Source: Rotaria socialis
Taxonomy: Eukaryota
Assembly: GCA_905331295.1 (NCBI GenBank)
Contig: CAJNYD010000303.1
Coordinates: forward strand, 62,001-126,000
Reading direction: 5' to 3'
Length of the DNA stretch: 64,000 bases
The position numbers and the translations under genes were made by a program. Under the pieces are notes generated by a model. It saw only the letters and a list, made by a program, of their open reading frames with translations. It searched no databases and was not told where the DNA came from. Positions 53,799 through 64,000 of the stretch are shown here, piece by piece; position 1 is the stretch's first letter; the number at the start of each line of letters is the position of its first letter.

Positions 53799-55212
53799 TA
53801 TAGGCGGCGGAGTCATTAGGCTCGCGAGACTCAAGCTTACCCTAGGTTGAAAGTGGGTAGGCTTAGTCTACTTTAAGCTGAAAGTGAGTAGACTTTGATA
53901 GACTGAAACTGGAACAGATAAATGTTTGGATAGATTGTTATATGCAAAATGGTTTTATTCTTGTTTGGTTTTGGGGCTTTTCTAACAAATAACGCATTAT
54001 TACAAGATCATTTCATATTTTCTCTACTAGTAACTCGTTCGCAATGAAGTATTAGTTGAACGTATTTGGCATTAAAATTGACATCTAATTCGTAATTCTT
54101 AATTTAAGATAGCTGAACTGTTTTTGTAACTTTTGTTTAAACGTACTTTTAAATATTAGACACTCGAATAACATTACTTGTGCCGTACAGAAATGCGAAC
54201 TAAACAGAGTTAGAGTATGTCTTCCTTTCAAAAGCAAGACCAGGAATAGTTTTAGTGAAAATCCGTCTTCTGTTGAAATTTAAATTAGGAATTTAAATGA
54301 TACTCATAGTACAACAAAACGTCGTTAGAATCAACAAAAACTCGGCATCATCATTATTAAGTATCTATTCTGATTTTTCTACAAACAATGAAATATAGAA
54401 CATCCTTTCGTACTGAATAGTTTTTCTTCTTCTTTGACTGTTCTTTTAGTGATTTTTTCCAAGCAGTCTTTCGCATTTTTTATTCATTTCTTTACTTGCT
54501 GTTGCATCTAAAAACTATACCGCATTAGATAGTTATTACACTTATACAGAATTAAAAATTAGTAAGACAACTTAAAACGATTCCCTTTATATACAAATCA
54601 AAAAAAATCACTTCTCAATTAGCTTTCATTTATGCAAGAGTTAGAATTTATATCAAATTAAAATCGATTAAAAACTGATTGAAAGTCGATTACAATCATA
54701 TGATTCGTATAAAGTTCCAATCATTTTTTAACCAGTTTTAATCTTTAACAATTGAAAAACTAAAATTTCATTGTATATCACGATTATTTCTGCATATAAT
54801 CAAGGTAAGCTGCATAAAAACATCGACTTTAATTGGTTCTTCTTGGTGATCGATGCAAAAGGCTTTTTTCGCTCTTTACCGATTTGCATAAATTGTAATC
54901 AATTTTTTTATGAAGTTTTAATCAATCATACTTGTTAGGTAGTGGGGCTATCTGCGACCACTACCTCTCTCTTTGTTCTCATATCTATCTATTGGTCAAG
55001 AGACCTAAGTAAAGTCGTATTGGAAGAAGTTAGAGTTGAAGTGATTCTAGTTGAAGTTGGTTTGAAGAAATAAAGAGTTAGGTAAACGTAACTATCTAAC
55101 AATAATCAATCATAATCGAATGAATCAATAAAACTATTTTTGTTTCCGCTATTTTATTAAAAATCAATTAAAAAATGATTAAAAGACGATCGAAATCGTT
55201 CCGCCGCCTATG
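53799..55212. mobile_element. Non-autonomous hAT-type element, 1.4 kb
   Basis: TIR (T)ATAGGCGGCGGA ... TCCGCCGCCTAT(G); 8-bp flanks CCCACATC (53791-53798) and CCCACACC (55213-55220). Confidence 0.8.
54933..55101 (+). mobile_element. Solo-LTR-like insertion, 169 bp
   Basis: TGTTAGGTAGT...ACTATCTAACA ends (10/11 inverted match), AATAAA about 30 nt before the end, 5-bp flanks ATACT/ATAAT. Confidence 0.6.
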
Positions 55213-55542
55213 CCCACACCCTAAACTTGTAGAGGATGTAGAGCTAAGAATTTTAAGCGTAATGAAACAATTGATATCGGTGTTGATCATCTTTGTTCTT
55301 CATTTTATTATTTTCGTTTTTGAACTACAGTAACAATGCGTTTTTGACTTATTACAAGATATTTCTAAAAACAAACGCACACTGCTGAATACAAAAATTA
55401 CGAATACAATGAAGCAGAATTGATTATAGTACTGCGAAAAATGGAGATATCTGGGATTGATTGTTATCACGCGTAGTCTTGTTATTGAAGAATCTCAAGT
55501 GGGAAACAGTCAATTAGATTCTTATATATATCAATAAATATA

Positions 55543-57176
55543 TGTCGCATGAGACAGCTGAAATTCAAGAAAATTAATAATCCTCTAACAGAAATTTAAC
55601 ATTTTAATTGACTGCAAATGTTTATTTTTTCGATGACATATTTTTAGTATTTTAGAAAAGATTTCTTTTAATTTTTTTATTACTTTGTGGCTCATTTGTT
55701 CTTTTTTATGGAACATTTTAGTGCTTTTTAAATTTTTTCAGTTTTAAACAATTTTGTTTTTTTGCGGTTTTTTAAATTTTTTGAAGTTATTTTATGTTTC
55801 TTTAGATTTTTGAATAAGAACTGAAAATTTGGTTCTCGAAAAAAAGATTTAGTCAATGACGACGTCCGTAACACGGTGAAAAGAGGATAGAGATTTCCGC
55901 AAACTATACACATTCATACGTAAACTAAATATTAGTTCTGTAACGGAAAAACTGACATTACTACCGAAAATCAATGATCCTATCTAAATTTCTTGAGGAG
56001 CGGTTGAAAATATCTATGTGTTCTATGACTGATCGACGTCTGATTCATTGAGAGTGGAGCACTTGTTAGAGTCTTGTATCATGCTTTCAGAGCTACCTAA
56101 AAAGAAACTTGATTTAGTCATGATAAAAATCTTTAAAAAACTTGCCTAGGATAGCACCGTATAGTTCCGATTCAAACATCTCATATTGTGCGCATTTTTC
56201 TTCAATGGGACTTTTTCCAATGTCACTATCTGAGTCGGAGTCTTCCAATGACGATGACGGATCGAATGTTCCATCGCTATTTAGTTCAAAAATAGCATTT
56301 TGTATATTTTCGAGTGTTTCTGTTGCCGATTCAAGCCGTTCGATTCGAGGGCCTTCGCTTCTCATGTTTTCCTGAATCTCGGCAGTACGACAATGCCAAT
56401 AATTCATTTGTTCGACAGTTGGCATTTTAGGTGAGTCAGCATTGATTGTGAATTGTTGATACTCAGCATCCGACGTCATATGTTTGACTTCTCTTAGGTG
56501 CTCTACCGCATTCACTCGGATCATTTCATTGAGAAACCACTGAACGCGACGAAATTCACGGTGTCTCGGAGCATGGAGGTAAAACCACTCGACAAAATCA
56601 CGCCTTCGCCGTGAACCAGTCAGCCTACTGATTTGACTTATACTAATATGCAGATTGAATTCGGGATGCCTAGCACGAGCAAGAATATGTTGTAAAAATA
56701 CCCGTGCGTCTCTGTTGGTACTAATGCAGTTTGTATGTTCAAAACGGGTATCAGTTAGAAAAACATCGCGGGTGACCAATCGTATTTTTTCAAGCAGTTC
56801 CATTGCGTATGATATTATAATGTAAACGAAATCTACAATTGACAACGAAGCAAAACTACTATTCAGTTTCTCTCAGAAAAAAACGCAAAATAAGACCGTG
56901 ACTATCAGAAGAGAAGGGCACGAAGCTAAGTCAATCAATTCTTTTTTTTTGTTATAAAATGTGTCGTTGTTTTCAGAATAATAAAATGAGAAATGAGAAA
57001 AATAAAAACAGTAAGCGCCTCTTTTTAAATTTTTCCCAGAAAAATGACAAGCAATAGTTAGAATAACAAATTCAAAACAAGATAATGGTTTATACTTCCC
57101 TTTTCTCCGTCGATAAAATCTCAGGAAACTATGGAAATTATTGGGCCAACCAATTCAGATTTCTCTCACGGCGACA
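55543..57176. mobile_element. Putative TGT...ACA-bounded element enclosing an orphan ORF
   Basis: Left end TGTCGCATGAGACAGCTGAAATT versus right-end reverse complement TGTCGCCGTGAGAGAAATCTGAATT; preceded by TATA; no clean TSD. Confidence 0.45.
56114..56845 (-). CDS. Hypothetical protein, about 230-243 aa; basic helical N-half, acidic Ser-rich C-half
   Basis: Long open frame, more GC-rich than its flanks; first true ATG gives MELLEKIRL; no family recognised. Confidence 0.5.
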   Translation of the reverse strand: MSIVDFVYIIISYAMELLEKIRLVTRDVFLTDTRFEHTNCISTNRDARVFLQHILARARHPEFNLHISISQISRLTGSRRRRDFVEWFYLHAPRHREFRRVQWFLNEMIRVNAVEHLREVKHMTSDAEYQQFTINADSPKMPTVEQMNYWHCRTAEIQENMRSEGPRIERLESATETLENIQNAIFELNSDGTFDPSSSLEDSDSDSDIGKSPIEEKCAQYEMFESELYGAILGKFFKDFYHD

Positions 57177-57559
57177 TGCAACAAAATTGACGACTGAATT
57201 TCTTGAATAAAACGACATACAGTGTCATGACAGCTACATAAAGAAAATAGAATGAAAATGTTTCCGGGTATTCCGCGTCGGTGTCGTTCGGAATCGTTAC
57301 TGCATCAATTACATTCACAATAAGATCAAATCGTACCCACACCCACACGCACACCCCCTTGAGTTATTATTTAGACGCCATTCACTGTTGCAGAAATATG
57401 ACCATCAAATCAAGGATATAATTGCTTGAGTGTTCGTACGATTGCAATATGCTGAGTGGGAGTCACTATGAAGTGAAAGCAGAAAAATTAGATTCAACAA
57501 CAAAAGACAAGGAAAAATGAAGAATGGTAATGTTCAAACGTAAGGAATCAGTTGACGGT

Positions 57560-60500
57560 TTATAGTTGACTAAACATTTGTATCCGATTATTACTTGTGT
57601 CTGCGACATAAAGATTGAGTTGATTGTCAAGTGCTATTGAACGTGGATTATTGAGTAAGTTAGCTGCGTTACCTTGTACTCCTGTTACACCTGCAATGGT
57701 TGTTCCATTTCGTTGACCAGCAGAAAAAAACTGTATGCGATAATTGCCTGTGTCGGCTACATACATATTGCCCAGCGAATCAAAGATCACGCATGCAGGG
57801 CTGTTGAGCATTGTTGATAAGCTGCCAGAAAAACCCGGATATCCAGCAACAAGTGTCCATACAGTAGCACCTATGGCCCAGCGAACAATAGTGTGGACAC
57901 CCGTGTTAGCAATCACTAAGCTGTTGGTTGTTGAATCGAAGTAAACTGCCATAGGACCATATAGTTGATTGATCAGTGTTCCTGCTCCATTCCCACCAGC
58001 GGCAACTGTGCCTGTTGCTGCACCTGATGCATAACTCATTATGCGATGATTGTTAGTGTCCGCTATGTAAAGTGTGCTCGAGTTCTCATTAAGTGCAAGG
58101 CCGCAATTATTATTCAGTTGATTTAATGCAGAACCATTACCACCTAAAAAGAACTTAGACGTAAGCCTCGTAAAAAATCAGGACAATGTCTGAAAATTCT
58201 GTTTTTGGGTTGTACTTTCTTTCTTTTGATACCTATGTAGCTTGTTGCATATCTATGTCTGTATGTGTGACATCATCCAAAGGCAGAATTCCAGGTTTAC
58301 TCGTTCTGTCCACAGTGCGACGCAAACATCAATAAATGTGACGCTCACACAAAAAAACGAGGCGAAAGGGTTATGCTTAGTAGTGTGTTTTTTTAATGAT
58401 ACTTATTTCAACGTACTTTTCTAGAAGATGTCCCCACTCATACGAAGAGTTCTGAACAAATATACACATTTGAAAAAAACCTGTTTCGCCTATTCTTCTT
58501 TTGAAGAACAATCTCGTCTTTGAATTTCTGTAACCAGAGCGGATTCGATCGATATGTGAGATGATTGTTGATCTGGTGGGCATGAAATGAAAAGAAACTC
58601 AAACAGTTGAGATCAATTTCTGTGAAGATCGATTATTAATGAGTGATGACCTATTAAGCGAAAAAAGCGTTGTACTCATAGATCGTGAGCTTATTGAGAT
58701 AAGCAGTTAACGAAGAAAATAGTACTGCTATCTGCAAGAGCGTCAAAGCAGAAAGCTATCGGATTCACCATGGCACTCACTATTAGTTTAAAATGGATTC
58801 CATCAGACTCGACTATGATATATACAGGCCAATTCAAGAAATCAATAAAAATCATTAAAATTCAATAGAAAGCAGGGCTTTACTTTCAATCTTATTACTG
58901 GAATTTTCTTTGTGATTCTGAATGATTCCCATTGATTTTTCAATAATTCTGATGGTTCTCAGTTGTGCTAATCATTGGTGAAAAACTATCTGGAGCTCAT
59001 ACAACTTTGGCTAATAACACAAATTGATATTTTAGCGACTGTCGCTTCACTGATACTGTCATTGTTTATCCCTACACTTTTGAAACAGTGGAAAGACTTT
59101 CCATTAAACACTATCTCTACTCATACAAATATTTTATTGACGAAAAATCTCTTTTGCTGCTCTTTTTCTCTCACCGATTCCAGCGATGGTTGTTCCCGAC
59201 AATGCACCACTAGAAAAAAATTGAACTCGTCCATTCGCCGAATCAGCCACATAGATATTGAAATTCGTGTCAACATAAACACCATAGGGCTGGTTCAAAT
59301 AATAAGGCGTAGCACCTGCTACTCCATTTGACTCTCCAGCCACCGTTGTTCCCATTGAGTAGCCGATAACCCATTTCTGAATTCGATTATTATTGGCATC
59401 GGCGATGTAAAGAGCATTGGTTGAATCTAATACAATAGTCCAGGGATTCCAAAGCCGATTAGTTTCCGGTGACCCTGAAATTCCGGTACCGGCAACAGTG
59501 GTTCCAGTTGCACTCCAACTCAGTATATATGTGGCAGCTACAAAAAAAAGAACCGGAGTATTCACTTTATAACTTTAATAAACCTTCTTAAGCATTTTCT
59601 AAGATGAAAGAGATATCTGTATTTTGTATATATAGTTGATGATACTTTGCTAGAGAAAATGATATAGTCGTACTAAACTCATTCGATGATCAACGGTGAT
59701 CAAAATCGCTCTAGTGTCTTATTGTATTGTTCCAGCTGGTTTAAAAAAAACTGCTAGTGCAATCCTTTCTGGATTAGAAATATGAAACATGGTCTGACTA
59801 ATACTGCTAATTGCCTAAAAACAGATATTTTTTTAAAAATATATGTTGGGTTGTATTTCTATATCATGGTTTACTGTACAGTCTAGAACTTCATCAACTT
59901 GGAAATACATCATATATATTCCAATTAGATGCTATACTTATACATTATGCTCGATAGTCGTTTGAATACATCTATCACAATGTGTGATCATATATGGAGC
60001 CTGCCTGTCGCAGTCTATAGTGGAAACTTGATTAGTTAGATATTGATTAAATAGTGAACTAAAACATATTTTACAGTCTGGGAGGGTCACACTTCTACCA
60101 TATATACTTCAGCAATCTGTTTAGATTGTATTTCATAAAAAGTGTATTGAAATGACAGAAAAAAACCTGTCCCCAACCGATTATTGTCGTTGTATCTATC
60201 TAACATTGATATCACCCTATCTGTAATCTTTAGCATCAAACGAGCACCCTTGGATAGATTGGAGTCGTGCTAAATATTTCAATACATTGTTTCTCAATTT
60301 CCCAAAGTTCTATACAACTACCGTACATATTTTGTTTAAAAATTCCACATGCAAAAAAAGCAAATTGATACTAGTTAAGGACAATTAAACATGATTCATA
60401 GCGGTTTTCTTTTCGAAAATCATTAAAATACTGCATCGAAATCTGATCTTGCATCACACATCATTTTCATAGGTCAGAGAAAATTCGTTCTAATGCATTT

Positions 60501-61028
60501 ATGCTGATACTGAATATCAATAATGCTCACCTGTCGTTGAGCTAGTTATTGTTGTTTGCGACATACGAACAATCGAGTAAATACTCATGGACAACGCTAC
60601 CAAGGCTATCACTGCAATGATTATACCGATGGCAAAAGCAATCATCAATGGGTTTGAAAATTTTTTTTATCTTCTTTAGATGAGGCTTCTGGTACTCTAG
60701 AAACAGTAGCATTCCGATAATAAATACCGATACATGTATGATAGAAGACAAAAAATCGACTAAATAAATGCTACAACTTACTCGGCATAGTTATATGACG
60801 ATTTTTGAAATGATTAGAATCGATTGGTGAGAGCAATGCTGATTTCGATAGATTTGCATCATTTGGTGAAAGTAATGCTGATTTCGATAGATTTGCATCA
60901 TTTCGCATCTCTATATTTTTCGATGATACTGATTGAAACTGAGTGGATTGTGCTGACATTACTCTAGTTTCGGCTGGTGGTTGGGTATCAATAGTGGAAA
61001 TTTGTTCTTTTGTAGGAGTTGGTTTTAC
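57560..61028 (-). CDS. Single-pass membrane NHL-repeat (beta-propeller) protein; first exon unresolved, one apparent frameshift
   Basis: Exons 59537-59175 and 58144-57560 carry about six NHL repeats (LYIADANNNRIQ, IYVADSANGRVQ, MYVADTGNYRIQ, LYVADTSNNRIQ). A TM exon MIAFAIGIIIAVIALVALSMSIYSIV at ~60.6 kb splices in phase. Confidence 0.82.
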
Positions 61029-63858
61029 CTGAGAAAGAAAAAGGTATACGCGATCAGATAAAATTTGAAAAGTACTAATGGCTACTTTCGAAGATCGTGA
61101 TCTCCTTGAGACATGAATAATCCGACAAGTATTCATACCGTCCGTACTATTTTCGCTTATGATGATGAGGAATGATGGAAAGTGATGAATATATATGATT
61201 GGATTTCGGTTTATTTAATTTACTCTCGCCAAGAAATCTTATTTGCATATTTATTTTTCACCAATGAATCCTTATTAATGTGATTTCATCAACAAGTCAT
61301 CGCATTTCCATGATATCCTTGTTTCAGACAAGACAAAGATTCAATTATTTCTGTTGTTTTTGTTTCTCGCTTTGAAACACAATTATGTTCTGCTCGTACA
61401 CAATGTATATTTTGCCTATCATGTTTTTCTATGTACGAAACAATGACTTCTTTTGCGTCAATGGATACGTTATTGATCGCTGCTATTGACCATCTGTTCA
61501 GTGCAGATATCGGTAATTCGACCCAGGAACAGTCACTTTGAGTGTACCAATATTGAGAACGTGCTTTCTTTAATGATTAAACCGAATAATCGAGTTAATT
61601 ATCAAATCTCTCCAACTCCAAGCGTATGGTTAATTGTGTTCCTACAAGAATACATCTACTTCTGAAAGAGCATATCTGAACAAAATATTTTTCTTAGTGT
61701 TAGTGTGGGTGATTATAGCACCCTCGAAACGACTGACGCCATGACTGTCTCGAAGCCTGAAAATTCAATTGAATCCTAGTGTTAGAAATAACTGTTTTGT
61801 GAGTATTGTAGTAATCAATCTGATAGAGTAGACCTGTACTGTTGAGAAACACTTAATTTTCTGGCAATACATGTGAAGTTGTAAATATACATGTACATTG
61901 CCGTTCGAAATTGTATTTTTAAGTCTGCATAAAAAATAAAGAAAAATAGTAATTAATACTTTTTTTTCAATAAAAAAATGAAAAATTCACTATCTTCATG
62001 TACTCTTTGTTACTTGCTATAAATGCAATAACGCAGTAAAATAATGTATGATTCATCAAAATTTTTCAGACTTATCTAAAACTAATGGCCTGCATAATAT
62101 AATACACAGCCAAAACGTTTTGTTTATACAATTCACTTTTCTTATTTTGGTTTAGTTTTTGTCACGCATTATTTGTACTTTACGGAGAAAAAGAAATCAT
62201 TCTACATTGCTGCAATTTGGAATATTTTGAAGAGAAAAAAATTTTCACAATTTTCTAGGAAGCCGTTTTGAAGCATACTGAACTCTCAATTCTCTACGAG
62301 TATTTTACAAGAAGTCTCAAAAATGACTAATTACTTTCATCTGAAGGCTCCGGATGTAGCTACACGTTAAAACTTTCTCTGCCAATTGAGGTGGAATTTT
62401 ACTGACCATGAAATTTTTCTCTCAAAATATTGAGCTGTAGGACTTTTATGAATCATCCAAGATATACAAAAAGCGATATTTTTGCTGATTTTAACCTTCA
62501 TGACTTTTCAGTTTAGGTTGTCTAGCAAGAAATGACTTCCTATAGAGGTCATCTTTGAGAGGTGTGACTGGGCTATTTTACATAATCCCTGATCGATCTG
62601 TTTTATATGGGTTAGAAAGACAAGTGTTTGATGATTTTCTAAAATAAACCAATTGTTTGGAAAAATAAGTTTTTGCATTTTTTCGTATTTTATGCACATA
62701 GATATTTGAGGTGCGGATGTAGAGACTACAACGATGGGTTTTGATCCAGATTATCGGATCTGATCGGGTGCCTTAATATTTTTCTATTTTACACATTCCA
62801 CACTTGTGAGCAATATCCGAATTCAAAATGTGGATTCTGAGGGTGTGTGAATGCAGTTGTTCTCTTTACTGACCTACAACCTCTCGTTAGGATATGAAAG
62901 TGATAAATGAGATATGGAGAATACTAAGGATAATAAGATCAGCTTTTCACATATTGTCGACAAAAGTTTCAACACAACCTTAGCACAATACATCTAGAAA
63001 GCTCTGAGGATAGTACAAAGAAGAATGAAAAATATCCTTTTATAAACATTATAATAATTTATCATTAATGTCGCATACTAGTTATCATCTATATAATTAA
63101 CAGCAACGAACCTCGTTCTTCTTTTCAAACTTTTTATATTTGACTGCGATTGCCATTCATATAACTTATTGAAGAGCGACAGTCTTTGAACGCTGTGTTT
63201 TTTTCCCATTGAAGACATTCCGATGGTTTTAGTTAGGACGCAAATTTCAGTATACAGAATAGTATCTAAATTGACTTTAAAAATATAAAAATTTCATTTC
63301 ACATTTGAATGTTAACAATCTCTAAATTTTACTTCGAAGTGGCTTCTGCAGATTCTGACTGGTTAGCAGTGGCATAATTGAGAAACCTTAATTCATCAAG
63401 CTGAAACTCATCGAACTGATTACTACCAATCTCGTGTATATTTGTTGAGAGTTTGATAGAAGTATAGCTTTGTTTTATAAGTAGGACAGAAAATTCCTAA
63501 AATGTTTTTCGTGTTTTTTCTCTGGAATTGAAATTTCTCTCTATTAATGAATCTTGATGATTTAGTACCTCTCATAAAAAGTTATTTTTATTGAAAATAA
63601 ATTCTGTACTTTATTCGTATAATCATTTTGCTCGAAAGAAAACACTAAATAGTAGATGCTGGTTCCATTTGATGAAGCAAAATGCTCTTAGTTACAAGAT
63701 CGATCTGGCTCAAAGGTATAAAACGAGTCTTTTTAACAAATTTATAAACAAGGAAGATAACTAAAAACACAGGTATTGTGATATAAGCTGCTCAGAAATT
63801 ACTAAAATTAAATGGATGTGTTGTGAATGTTGAATAGTCTTGTCCTAAAACGGGTCTA

Positions 63859-63933
63859 CGAAAATTGGTCGAATGAAAATTGGTCGAACGAAAATTAGTC
63901 GCCGATAATTGGTCGATACGAAAATTGGTCGAA
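63859..63933. repeat. Tandem repeat, 14-16 bp unit, 5 copies
   Basis: Variants of CGAAAATTGGTCGAA. Confidence 0.9.
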
Positions 63934-64000
63934 AATTTTGTAATAGAAGAACAAAAGCTTTTTCTTTAAAAAGCAGCCAGAACTTTGTAGTGTAAAGCTG

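Noticed and set aside
63859..63933. Short direct repeats as CRISPR or operator array
   Set aside because: No unique spacers; a simple tandem repeat, possibly a transposon subterminal repeat cut by the window edge.

Overview
AT-rich eukaryotic DNA with many short (about 50-70 nt) GT-AG introns. The gene content (NHL and F-box/LRR families, an ankyrin-WGR-PARP, intron-containing genes of apparently non-animal origin) and TGTGGG-type repeats suggest a bdelloid rotifer; this is an inference, not a database match. The first 19 kb is a compact gene block: KIF3B-like kinesin, thymidine phosphorylase, plant-type class II PRPP synthetase, a degenerate DEAD-box helicase, a TOX HMG-box gene and a GH3 glycosidase. 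From 19 to 30 kb the sequence is mostly foldback and MITE DNA with a 739-nt gap. From 30 to 64 kb lie a very large ankyrin-WGR-PARP, a RING-H2 ligase, an F-box/LRR gene with a previously untracked Cys-rich last exon, a BLIP/DUF3862-like small gene, two tandem Cys-rich two-TM genes and an NHL gene, among many non-autonomous elements. The most notable observations are a dispersed family of ~90-bp hairpin elements with telomere-like arms, a TGT...ACA element class (one carries an orphan ORF; two different inserts occupy the same site in duplicated blocks), and a three-level nested insertion. All protein family calls come from motif recognition by eye; no searches were run.
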